Source: Azolla caroliniana
Taxonomy: Eukaryota; Plantae; Polypodiophyta
DNA length: 64,000 nt
Assembly (NCBI GenBank): GCA_043228905.1
Contig: JBHGNT010000012.1
Location: 17,298,001-17,362,000 of the forward strand
Reading direction: 5' to 3'
Under the pieces are notes generated by a model that was given only the letters and a program-made list of their open reading frames with translations, was not told where the DNA came from and did no database searches. The position numbers were made by a program, and so were the translations under genes. This document shows positions 37,156 through 49,700 of this stretch, one piece after another (within the stretch, counting starts at the first letter, position 1; the number at the start of each line of letters is the position of its first letter).

Positions 37156-37554
37156 GTATACACATATATATACATACATACATACAGTATGTACCTGATT
37201 GCCCGCCATTCTGCGTCGTTTCTCATCCTCGTACATCCGAAGCCGAAACCGAAGCTTTCTATTATCATCAGGCATCTTCATGGTGGAGATAAGCTTCCGG
37301 AAAGCTTCGATCTTCTCATCGAGCTCGTAATCCTTGAGAGAGGATACATCCTCGTCCTCTCGTCTGAACCTAGAAGTACTAGTAGAAGCAGCAGCAGCAG
37401 CAGTGGTGGTGGAGGTGCAATCGATGTTCTGATCAGGTCTAACGATCAACAAGTCGAAGGGGTCTTCTTCTTCTTCTTCTTCTTCTTCTTCTTCTTCGTT
37501 TTCTTCTCCTTCCTCAACGATGTGGGGGTGTGCCTGCTCGCCCTTCTTCGTCAT
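29879..37554 (-). CDS. SUMO/ubiquitin-like-specific protease (peptidase C48), ULP1c/d (OTS)-like, multi-exon
   Basis: Exons read by eye: 37554-37195, 37058-36706, 35000-34949, ~34857-34770, ~34712-34570, ~34482-34421, 33648-33553, 33462-33366, 30989-30895, 30800-30675, 30373-30271, 30170-30060, 29974-29879. Motifs YPS-CDPEAVEV..FLNDTVIDFYIK, FYSCFFYKKL, WTKGINIF, HWSLAVI (His), LDS (Asp), QDNEWDCGLF (Cys) and FGRSWF. Junctions near 34500-34780 are uncertain. Confidence 0.9.
31600..32720 (+). mobile_element. Highly decayed Ty1/copia pol remnant in an intron of the SUMO protease gene
   Basis: GNNQSCIIDGIGTI (post-protease), FVEDCSKRILIYFLKSKDEAF...DNG-like (integrase) and W..A..IKALH..DTWDLV (RT start). 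Confidence 0.7.
37073..37153 (+). repeat. (CT)n microsatellite in intron 1 of the SUMO protease gene
   Basis: About 40 perfect CT units. Confidence 0.97.
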
Positions 37555-37639
37555 TTCAAAAGTAGGTCTGATTTGACAGAGGAGGGAGGGAGGCAGGATG
37601 GGGGTGTGCAGGGGAGCTAGGCTATAGGTTCGCCATGGA

Positions 37640-37880
37640 TTCTCTCTCTAAAGCTCTCTCTCTCTCTCTCTAAAGCTCTCTGCCTCTGTGTGTGTGTGTG
37701 TCTCTCTCTCTCTAAAGCTCTCTGTCTGTGTGTGTGTCTCTCTCTCTCTAAAAACTTCTCTCTCTCTCTCTAAAGCTCTTTGTCTCTCTGTGTGTGTGTC
37801 TCTCTCTCTAAAAACTTCTCTCTGTCTCTCTATAAAAACTTCTCTCTCTCTCTCTGTCTCTTTCTAAAGACTTGTCTCTC
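37640..37880 (+). repeat. Compound (CT)n/(GT)n repeat with recurring ctctaaagctc/aaaaacttctc units upstream of the SUMO protease start
   Basis: Seen directly in the sequence. Confidence 0.85.
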
Positions 37881-40789
37881 TCATTCATTTGGTGACCTTC
37901 CTCATCACTCCAGATTCCAGAATGAAAGAAGAGCACATGTGGCTATGGCAGGCAGGCGGACGGACAAAATATGGGCGGCAGATTCGGCTCGGGTGGCACC
38001 ACACACGACACATCCCATGGCCAGGACACAAAAAAAAAAACTCGGAACAAGAGACTCTCTCTGAATGACACGCTAGTTTGAAAAGAAAAATGAGACCCGG
38101 CTTTCTCGTAGCTCGCCCCGACACAAAAAGGAAGCTGGATTCAAGATCTGGTTAGGTAGGGGAATTGTTATGTGCATAATCATAACTGATCATGATATAG
38201 GTTTCGTTGATCTTCTGATTACGAGTATGTGTGTGCATTAATTCTGAAAGGAACTAGGGTATGAATTGTAATATTCAATCCTACGGTGTGATGTGTGTTA
38301 ACTCATTTGACCGCTTCATGTAAAGTAGCCAAGTGTGAACACGCAAAGGCCTAGGGTTTCTTTCTGCCTATATAAGAAGGCTAACTAACTACCTTCTTTT
38401 TAAGAGGCTTGACTTATGTTGAGACAATGATATTGTGGCTATGGCTCTTCTCACCTAAGCATGTGTGATCCTCGTAGAACCAAAGGTACAACTCGCATCA
38501 ACCCTCGATGGTATGGGATATCGAGGAGTTTCAGGTTCGTTTCACGTTGTTGCTAGGGGGTGTTCAAATGGTTTGGCGCCCCTCAATTCGTTCGTTGGTC
38601 TATAAATCCTTGTGTTTTGCTTAATTAACCAATTAGGCTCTAACAAAAACTTGGTAGTCTCTTTGAGACTCTCTCGCCCTTGTGCCACCGCTGAGAACTT
38701 TGGAAGAATACTTCCTCGTATACTAGGAAAGAAATTTGTATTGTCCACGGGAATGTGAATCTAAACCTACAAGAGCTAATCGAACGCATCCTCTTGGACA
38801 TGATCCCTTCCTAAATGTTGGTTTATTGCTCTTGTGTGCACAAAAAACAAAATTTGTCTCAAAAGTAATGCATGCACATGTGTGATCACCCTACTTGGTG
38901 GAGATAGGAGTATGATGCTTAAATTGCCATGCCCGTCTACCAAGTCATTGTACTTCTCACAAATTACCATACATACTCATAACATCAATTAGGATAAGCC
39001 TCAGAACAAGAATCGCCCAATGGTAACTCACGAGCTTAATTGGGAAGTGTTTGTTTGTTGAAGATGGTCAGGGAAACTCGAGTTGCATTTGATGTCAATC
39101 AAACTTGCAATGATGCCATTGCCACCTCTCATTTATGTTCAATTGTGGATGGCAACATCACCAAAGGAAACTCTTGTAAAAATAGCTTTTGATACTTCTA
39201 TTGTTTAGCCTCACCCTTGGGCCTCTTTTAGGGAATAAAGCTAATTTGGAAGTGACTCGTGCAATAGATGGGGAGCAAGACTATACCCAAAGTTTGTCTA
39301 CTTGATATCCTCTCTTTACACTGTCAATGTGTTGAGTGTTGAAACTTGAAACAATCTTGTCAATTGGATCAATAACACCATTTGCGAATGATTAGTCGAC
39401 AATTTTAACATGATCACATTGGAATCATTCCCCTTCAGAATAAAGTCTTTGTTCTAGTCCCTAAGCACCAATTTGGGCAAGCATGTCAATCCTCATTTGA
39501 GAAATGCATATTTGATTGCAAAGCCACTCATGATTACCACTGTCATTACAAATCAAGGAAGAAATATTTAGTGAAGGTGGTTCAATCAAACATACTTTTG
39601 GAGAGGAACGGTGAGAAACAAAATAGTAACAAGAAAAGTAATTTATGTATCGGTATGAAATTGACAAGTCTATGTTATTTTCATAAAAAAGAATGACAAT
39701 GACGGGGGTTTTCTATGGTAGTACATGTAAAAGATATTACAATTTTCGGGCTCATGTTAATCATATGAGCGTAATATGTTTACGTGAATGGTATATGCTA
39801 GTGATGAGTTTACGTCGATGGTGTGGCAATGATTATTTTAGCAAACTAATGGTGTTACAATGTCAAGTGTTCGTATTAATGATATAAAATTGATATTTTT
39901 TCTTGTTGATGATATGCTAATGATTGTTTTTGTAAATGCTCATGTATATATTTACTAGGGATGGGTCGTGGATGTGTCATAGATGGGTCATGACTCATGG
40001 ATGTATCATAAATTGGTCATGGATGGTTGTGTGCGGTCATGAACGTGGCATACATGAGGCATGGAGAGAAAAACCCAACTTCTAAAAACGTGCCCCCCCT
40101 ACATAAACACTGCACTAACCACACAAGTTGTAATCCGATTTTGAGCATGATGTATATAATATATAATATATTCTTATTCATATTCATCACGAATGATTGT
40201 GTCAAGTGATTTAATACAGTAAACATAAGTTGTCGTTAAGTTTACGATGACAACACATTGGTGACCACAATGAACTACCGAGCATTTGGTAGCCAAACTT
40301 GATGCATGTCATCCTTCCATTGTGTAATGTCAGAGCCAACACAAACCATTGTGGAAAGATGACGACAACGATGGACAACAAGGATTGGATCGAAAGAGGA
40401 GGTGTAACTTAAGGAGTGCGGTGATAGTGAACCGAAAATCCCAACCAAGAGTTGCTTCAAGCTTCAACACTTGCAAAAAGAGAGAGGAAATGAAGACACG
40501 AGGGACGAACACAATTAGATCATCTAGCATAAACAAAATGATCGGATCGTCTACAAGATGTGGAAAGGGACTTCACCCTAAACTTTAAACATATAGTCCT
40601 AAACCAATAAAAACACTACAACCACACACTAAGGTGAAACGTCTGAGTTCTAATATATAGAGTTAGCAGGAACCTAGGGAGGCATAAAACCCTTCGCTCT
40701 AAAGCCATGAGCTTAAAACTCTCGACCTTGAAGTGGACCTAGCTAGGTCTTACACTCTAAAATGAGTAAAAAACTTGGCGTGGGACGCA

Positions 40790-41405
40790 TTGAGCCCTAA
40801 ACCCTAAACCTTAAAAAAAGTTGGAGCCTAAATACAAAGCCTCCTAAGCCCGAACAAATACATACAAGGGACAAGAGAAAAGTCGTCCCACCCTACTATT
40901 TTGTCCGTGCCGCCCATCCCTTCAAACGAGAGTGGAGCTCCTTAAACCCTAATCCTTTTAAGTGAATCCATGGGCATGAACCCTAACCCTAAACCCTAAA
41001 CCTTAAAAGCAGATCCATGTTCCCTAAACCCTAAATCTTAAAGAATGGATCCTAAATGTGAAGCCTCCAAAGCTAGAACAAACACTAGGGACAAAGAACC
41101 ATCCCTTGACTGAGAGTGGAGCTCCTTAAACCCTGACCCTTTTGGAGTGAGATCCATGAACCCTAAACCTTAAACCCTAAACCTAAAAGCTGATCCCAGG
41201 CTCCATAAACCCTAAACCCTGAACCGGAACCTATTATACTTGAACCCTAGAGTGAAGCAGCCATTAGCCATTAGCCCTTAAGCCTGAATCTTAAGAGTAA
41301 TTAAAATGACTCTGAACCATCTAGTGAGACCCATGAAACCTGAACCCTAAAACCCTAAACCCTAAACCCTAAAACGAAATCCATGATTCTTTGAACCCTA
41401 ACTTT
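40790..41405 (+). repeat. Cluster of telomere-like AAACCCT/telo-box motifs in ~180-220 bp degenerate units upstream of the bL25 gene
   Basis: Many (a)aaccctaa copies. gagtggagctccttaaaccct occurs at about 40930 and 41114. Confidence 0.8.
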
Positions 41406-41423
41406 AAAGATAAAGGAAACCCA

Positions 41424-44400
41424 ATGAAGACCATGAGTAGAAATAGACTTTCCTCTGTTCTCTTCCCTGGGCGAGTTTATTCCGCTGTTCAGAATGCAAA
41501 GGAGCTCGATTTCCATAGCAAAGCTTTGATGACTAATGCTAATACTGACAATGGCACAAATAATTCTAACATAGAATCTACTACCAATGGTATCAACACT
41601 AAGCTTATCTCTAACGCTAGCCTGTGGGCCATGGAGAGGATCACAACGCAAAAAAGCAGTCTTTTGTCGGCTTTGAAAGCATGGAGAATCCCAGCTTGTT
41701 TGGACATGTCTACGGAGAGCTTATCAGAAGATATTGGGCCCCTTATCTACCTGGATAGATTGCAGATTCATCAGTTCTACTGGAGATTGGGAAAACCTAA
41801 CTTCCTCTGTACCAAATTCAAGCTATGTCTCTATGATCGGTCGTGGGAACAAAACCTCAAAGCATCACAAATTATAGCTACTTTGGAAGTCTATCCTCAC
41901 GTGGTAATTTTTTTGGTTATGCACATGTATATGTTTATAATATACGCATATAATACACAGCTACTTTGGAATTTTACTCTCATGTGGTAAGTGTTTGTCT
42001 ATGCTTTTACACATGTGTATATATATATATATATGTATATGCATGTACATAGCTATTTCGGAAGTCTATTTAAATGCTGTTAGTGTTTTTGCTTACGCTT
42101 CAACTGATGTGTATGTATGTGTATATATGTAAATGATATATGCATACATGCATTATACATCTGTGTATGTGTATGGCGATGTATGTTTGTTTTTGTGTAT
42201 GTGTATGTGTATATGTATACATATATATATGCATAAACATTGTTTGAGATGATACCAATAGCACGATTGATAATGAATAATCCAAATATATATGAGAAAT
42301 TGTGCTCTTGTACTCATGGAAGGCACCATTGAGTATGAGTAATCCACACATCATGAGAGATTTTGAACTTTTATTCTTGTGAAAGGCTCCATTGATCATG
42401 AATAATTCACATCTTATGAGAGAGCTCCAGCATTTGTTGTTATAGAAGATACCCTTGAACATGAGCATTCCTCACATTGTCGAGATATTTCAGACTTGTG
42501 AAGGCATCATTGGTCATGAATAATCCACATTATGCATGATTTCCAACTAATCTTCTTATAGAAGGCAGCATTGATCATTAATAATTTCCACATCTATCCA
42601 AGATTTCAGACTTGTGAAGGCACCAGTGGTTATGATTCTTATGAACTCTCCACAGTCTACAATAGATTTCAAACTTCTGTGCTCTTAGAAGGCATGATTG
42701 AACAACAGATATAGTGAGAGATGTTGGACTTTTCCTTATGGAAGGCACAAGGGAGCCACATATCTACTGATTTCATAAGTTTCTACTGGTTTGAAATGCG
42801 TAACTTGCTGGAAAGAAATATCTGTAAAGGTCTATAAACGAAACAAAATCTGGCAGATGTATTATTTCTGTACTAAGTTCCTTTTGCATTGATGATATTT
42901 TCTCAAAATTTCTTATCATTTCATGAACGGAAAGGAATCTTGAATGATTGTTAAAGTATACATTTCCAGAACGAGTAGACATACCATTGATTGTATGAAT
43001 AATCCATACATCTTTATTTTGTCAGGATTTCAATCTTTTGTACTCACAGAAATGGTGATTATGAACAATCCACATGGATTTTCTTATACCATAAGATATT
43101 TCAGATTTTTCTGTACCGTGGCACAATTGATTAGGAAAGATTGCTTTCCCTATTTTTATGAGAGATCTTAAACTTTTGTAAGCTATTTTAATTTACCCTT
43201 CTATGTTTTTTTATAGATAAACTTGAACAATGACAGTGATATCATCAATGTAGCTTTTGTGAATCCTCAGAAATGGGGTAAACGATGCCCCATAGTGTTT
43301 CTCGGGGAAGAATCTTGCATTGGTGTGAAAAAAGGTAACAGAGCTGCATCTTTGCTTTTATATGGAATGTGCATGTTGGGGTAGAGTGAAAGAGGGGGCT
43401 TTTTGTCATCATTTTTTTTCTATTGGGACAACGAGCATTATGATTATGCTATATGGATTTTTTAGCCAGTTCGATATTGGGTGATTGAGATATTTGACAT
43501 GGCTAAGCAACCTTCTGGGCCATGTCAACAGTTTCTTGTATTTTCCAAGATCTATATAATGGGTATTATTCAAATGTCACCTGGAAATTTGACATGGTTA
43601 GATGACTCCAAGATGTCATTTGCAACATTTCCTAGAGAGGTTGAAGGAACATATGATGGGACAAGAATATGGAAGGTTATGCTGATTGAAATTCTTCTTC
43701 AATGCCAAATCTCTGGTGTTCTCAAAGTCTTCAGAGAGATCATAAAAAATGGGAATTGAAGGTTCTATGGTGATCCCAATATCCAACTGGAGCTTATATG
43801 CATGTAGTTCAAGTCACATTTATTATGTTCGTGTGATCTTTCCTTGCCAAAACAGAGATCAGGGAAGCCAGACCTTTTTTAGATGTACTATGGACTCGAT
43901 GCATTATAGGGAAGGTCATTGTGTTTCTTTTTTATTATTAGACCCTTACTGCATGCTTACATGTAGTTGCCTTGTTTTGATATTTCACTTGGATATTTTC
44001 TCATGGAGTAAGACCGTAGTATATATTTGAGATTTATCACGCCTTTCCCAAATGAATTGAGGTATGGTAGGTGAAACAAGTAGATAAGGTTTGTCACGAG
44101 TATTGAATGATTGAGTCCTTTTAGCGATTCTAAAACTCACGGTGCTCTTGTCATCAATTTCTTAGTCATAGTTTTAGCATACTCAGTGTTTCAGACTTGA
44201 ACTAGGTTATAGCAATGGCCAAGAATGGTAATGTTTGTCACGTTGATCGTCCTATTCCTCGTGTATCAACTTAAGTCTTAGCTATCGGCATACAAACCCT
44301 TGGTACAGTATGTTTCACGAGATTAATGTGAATAATGGTAGATTTCAAAGGCATTAATCTACTTTATTTTGGCACAACATTCCTTGGATTGGGAGAAACC

Positions 44401-44700
44401 TCATTTGCTGTGTGAGAGAGAGGGCATGCATTTTCTTCAGGAAGTACTCTGAAGTAAGAACCTATACATTTTCCTCACATTTCAAATATTTTTGTTTTTC
44501 CAGGAGGCGCTGTAAAGAAGGATCTGATCTTCCTTGCATTTCAGTGTGATTATGACCTTCATATACCTGATATAAATGTAGACATAAGCAATTTGGATAT
44601 TGGTGATGAAATTGCTATCAAAGACTTGAATCTTGGTTTTGAGTTAACTTCAAATCTAGCACCCTCTGCTGTTATATGTAAAGTGCTGTCTCCAGAGTGA
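41424..44700 (+). CDS. Ribosomal protein bL25/TL5/CTC-family protein (organelle-targeted type), 3 exons, 264 aa
   Basis: Exons 41424-41903, 43217-43334 and 44504-44700 with GT-AG introns join in frame (795 nt). Motifs RIPA, INVAFV, PIVFLGEESCIGVKKGG and IPDINVDISNLDIGDEIAIKDL match the L25/TL5 C-terminal domain pattern. The S/N/T-rich N-terminal extension resembles a transit peptide. Confidence 0.85.
42255..43170 (+). repeat. Degenerate ~52-72 bp (often 62-63 bp) tandem array in bL25 intron 1
   Basis: A gaaggc(a)ccattgatcatgaataatccaca...agatttca core recurs near 42319, 42381, 42444, 42499, 42561, 42616, 42688 and 42740, with weaker copies at 42975-43130. Confidence 0.75.
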
Positions 44701-46710
44701 TTTTTAGTTGCTCAAACAATATGGGTTCCATAAATGATATTATACAAGATGGTTTCAGAAAATCTTTGCAGTTAGTAGAGATTTGGAAATGGTTCATTGA
44801 GGCAGTTTTCCTTTTAATTTTTCACCCTTTGATGCACATCATAATACATCTCATCAGCAACAGCAACAGCAATAATAATTATGATTGGATTTGGACATAA
44901 CATTAAGGTACTCTGCATTTTGTAGAGAACTCATTTGGCTCATGGTAAATGTCTGATCCTTAATTAATATTCTAACCAGTTTGTGTTGCATTTGCATTGA
45001 TCGGTTCTGTTTATTTCAATGTATAAATTTCATGGCATTGGAAGATGAGCTCTTTATAAATTGTTTAGCTTGGACAACACAAATTAGAGAGAGAATGGAC
45101 TTTTGGGTTAGGGAGGTGGTTTGTGAATTGAACCTCCTGAAAAACACATGTGTGTCGCATGCGCAAACATGGCTGCATGTGAGCATACATGCACATGCAC
45201 ATGCATATGTGGGCCTGCTGAAGTATGGTTGAGTTTTTGGTAAACAGAAACTAGCAAGCGATGGTTGTCTTCCACTTCTTGTGTTTTTCAGGGCTGTTGG
45301 CATAATTGAACTTATCTGGATGGAACTCGTGCATCCTTGATTCCCTCTGTTGAAGTGCAGTCATATAAGCTGTTTCAGAGGTCACTCTCACTTGGTGGGA
45401 CCTGTTCCTTCAATTTCTTTGTTAAAGACATGTTTTACTATGCATTGGGTTATTGTTTTAACGTTTATAGAGCACAATAATTAATACAGCTAACCGTTAC
45501 CCCCTGAATAGAGATCCCAACTTAACGATGTCTACTAACTCTACATGGCCTTGGTGTATACCAAGAAAGTTGTCTTTATAAATGGATGGAATTACTGATA
45601 ATCGGGCAGATTAAACAATATTTAATAAGGTACAAACTCCCAAATGATATCATTATTGATCCGGAGGAAAATAACTAAATTAATAACGGGCAGCTTCTGA
45701 CTAAGCATTACTCGTCTCACTTCAATGAAGTTAAATAAGATTTGAACTCCTACACGTTTTTGGGGGTTGGGCTTGGAGGTTGCTTAAGTGAATGCTCTTG
45801 GAATTCAGATTACATCCTTTACTCGAAGATTTGTGCCAAGTTCCTAAGTTTATTGGGCAGAGTACATTATATGGTAGCCTCATCTATACCTCAAGCAGGT
45901 TGTAAAGGTTTACTCATTTAGTTCATGAAAGTAAAGGTATGTGCCTTCAGTTCAGGGTTTCTTATAGGTTTGAGTAATTTGGCCATTTCGGGATTCACTT
46001 AATAAAAAATGTAGTCACGAATCTAAATCACTTTACACTTCTAAGATGGAAGAGCTATGTACAGAATGGATTAATAAGCATCCCATGGGATTTCTCTCGA
46101 AGATTATTCATAATCATGAAAAAGCCATGAAATATACAGGTCATTTAACTCACATGAAAAACAGAGAATGACATTTGTTCTCTTTTATAAGAGATTTTGA
46201 AATCACTTTTTGTCAAAGCATATCGTAACTTTTATGTACATAGGATCGTTCTAGTATGAATATGACATGATTGCCACGAAATAGATGCTTTTGCCTATTG
46301 TAATGGAGAATATATTTAGCTTTTCATGACACTTGATGCATAACTATGGCATCTATTCAGAGTTTTCACAAAGACAGTACACATACCCATTAACATTTAA
46401 AAGATCTGGTGTTCTTTTTCATTTTTTCACAAACACCAATACATAACTGTTACATGGCATTGCAGTGGTTTGAATATCAAGCTTTATATAAAATGGTATC
46501 CGACCTTGTCATTTATTTACCTTTGTCGTTTCAAGTAACATATGGTTGTGTGTTTTGAACAAAGAGAGATTATGTACAAGTACACCTAAAGATGAATCAT
46601 CAAAAATGGCAAAACATAGATGTATGGAGAGAATATAGTACAGGATAACAATATTCTTATAGCACATGCGGCTCTCTTCCACTCACATGTGGCAAAAGAT
46701 CTGTATTTTT

Positions 46711-49700
46711 CTATTCTAAGTGATCCTGAGGTTTGTGAGAGGAAAACATCGCTGCGTAGAAGCGAAGACGATTACATTCGGATCCCGAGCGAGATAATGG
46801 TGAGATTCCCAAAGCGTTTCCACCTGTTGATGGTGCACGATCCAATGGCTCAGATCTCCTTGCTTTATAACGCCGCCAAGCCAGTTGGATAGTCACTACA
46901 GCCCATGTTCTCCATCCAGAAGAATAATATCGTGCTGTTCTCTTCAATTTCTCATTCACAAACTTGTATCGAAAATGATCGGTCACAAATTTTAGGTCTT
47001 CGGCATCAAGACCAAAAGCTTCTGTAGAGTCGAGAGATGTCAATGTTGCACAAGAAGGGGGGAGTCGATCCAGAGATGGTTTTTTCAAGCACCATGTCAA
47101 GAGTTCATCACCACAGAAATTTCCTGGGCCTAGATGGCAGACACTTGTGTGGCCATTGCTCAAGTTATGACTATGGGTGCTGAGGAAATGTCCTCGCACG
47201 ATGAATATCATCCTCATCACAGGATCCCCTTCTCTGATAACCTAAGAGATAACAAACATCTCACTTCATTTTATGAAAGCTAAATGATATAGGATCACCA
47301 CTGTTTATAGTCAAGTTGCATGAATATGTAGAAAAACCATAGCCACCAGTATGGAGAAGGATCACTTCCATCACATGCCAACTTTATATGATATAAAACT
47401 ATGATTTTTTTATATAGCTTACAGAACATCATGAATTTAGATTCTTAAATACAAGCTGTCAAGTTGTTCATTTTTTGTTTAATATGATTAGTTCCAAACA
47501 AGATTCAGATGTTCAAGCGATTCAAGAAATGCATATGCACAATATTCTAGGAAAAAAGTTACCACTTCATCTTTGATGAATAGATGTGGTTTGAGACGTT
47601 GGCAGATATTCTCCAGAACAAGAGTATCCATATGCTCAAAAAGCGGCACCTGCAAAATCCAATGAAAAGGGATCAATCAAGTTCAATGATGGGTAATAAG
47701 AATTGAGATTATATATATATATATATTATCTGACCTGGCGAACAAGATCCATTGAGAGATGTTGTTTGATGTCCCTCCTCAACCCTTCTGGTAAGCTGCA
47801 AACCATAGCTGCTTCATCTACACCCCTTGTTGCTGCCCAATGATGACGCTCATACCTTCTCACTCTCTTCCTCAGGCGTGATGGCAGCTGACGCCGTCGC
47901 ATCCAGTATTCAAGATCCCTTATTCTTAGTTTCATGGCTTCTTTTTTTGCTGTTATAGAGTGCAGAAATACCTTTCAAACAAACCCATTAATTTCGGAAT
48001 TTCACGCAGTTTATCACAACTTGATATTACTGATCTGACTCTTAAGGAGGGAAAATTGTTTTACTACCTGGATATTTCCAATAAGCAAAGTGAATAGGAG
48101 TAGGCCACATGTTATGACGATGATGCTGAAAATAACCTCTAGAGTATGATCACTTGGTTGCAATGCATTACCGAAGGAGCTGCAAAACATGGTTTTTGGT
48201 ATTAAGATCGTGCGTTCAGATATTTGTTTGCACCAATATTGTGTGCTAGTTATATTGTAAGCACCTTAGAGTCATCAAACCCCAAAAGATGGGATAAGAA
48301 AGTTTAGTAGACCACATTCGATCAGTTACTAGTGGTATTGCCCATTGAAAAATTCCATAGTTGTTGTTTTGGCTATCGAAGCAAGTTGAGTAATCGGTAT
48401 GATTATAGCTCAATGCTGAATCCATCCCTTCAAGACTTCTGTGAGATAAAATAGGTGGAGAACAACCTAGAAGATCCAGTTTGCAAGTAGGTATCTCATT
48501 ACATTGTCCCACAAGACAAAATGCAACTCGTTCACTTGCTAGAAGATACCAACAAGCACCAGCAACCTGTAAATGTTCACAAAGAAACCAGAATAGATTA
48601 TGCACTGTGATACAGTTCTTAATTATGCCAGGGAATGATGTTATTTTTGCACTTTGAAAACATCTCAGAGTTGGTTAAACATATGACAATACCACTCTGT
48701 TCATTTCTCAATCTAGGACTCCCTTTGATAATAAAAGAATTGCATATAATGGAGCGGATGCACCTAAACACAATGGACACTAAATGTCACTTGGCATGTG
48801 TAAATATTTAACAACAGATATTCAGGTGTATAGCTAATTCTGTTTCACAGCAACAAAGTCAAGAATGTGTTTTCAGGACTAAAACAAACGAAATATTCAA
48901 GGTACAGGGGAGAATTGAGAAAATGGCTGGAATTTACAGCTGTTATGGATTTCTGCAAAGGACAATCATGGTTTGCATCCACTACAACTGCAAACACATG
49001 ATACCTGCCATACCCTTATTTATATTATGCTTTCAACAATTTAAAATAAGCGGTTGGAAATCTCCCATACATTGTTAGGACTAGGGTAAACATACATCAA
49101 AATTCAAACAATCTGTTCAGGACATGGAGACTTACATGCGCAGCAATGAAGTAAGCCATAAGATTTAAAGCAAAGCCCCACCAAAATGCGCCAAATACGA
49201 AGCCAGTGACATGACGCATTCTGCGGGCGAGGAAAACCAAATGGGCTATTTTGGGAATGAACTGAAGAAGAAATATCATCAAGAACACTGTCATTACAGA
49301 TCCAACATCACCACCACTGATCATCCGTGGCACAACTGCCCATAGAATAATCTGTGAGTGGAAATAAAAAGAGGTATGAATTTCAAATAAGTTTGATTGA
49401 AATAACTCTGAAACCCCTGATTTTTTCTTTATTTTCCCCAAATGCCCACTGGCGAGCCTCCAATAATGAGAAACAGAAAAGGGATGAATTAAGAGGAGGT
49501 TGATCAATAGCATTTGGGGAAGCAAATGAGAACTTAGATGCGTTTGGCAAAATAAAGAAAAACTAACTCGTATTTTTCAAATTTCCCTTTGATCAAACCA
49601 TTTCAGAAAATAAGTATAAATCTATCGAAATATTACAGTTAAAAAATTTCAGCTTATAAGAAAACAATGGAATCAAGATCACTACCTGAGGGATAGGCAA

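Noticed and set aside
29879-37554. Transposon-captured ULP protease (Mutator/Kaonashi-type)
   Set aside because: It has an intact triad, a long N-terminal region and an OTS-like exon layout, and no adjacent transposase or TIRs were seen. It looks like a host gene.
42255-43170. CRISPR-like repeat/spacer array
   Set aside because: The 'spacers' are homologous to each other and the cores are degenerate. It is kept only as a tandem repeat.
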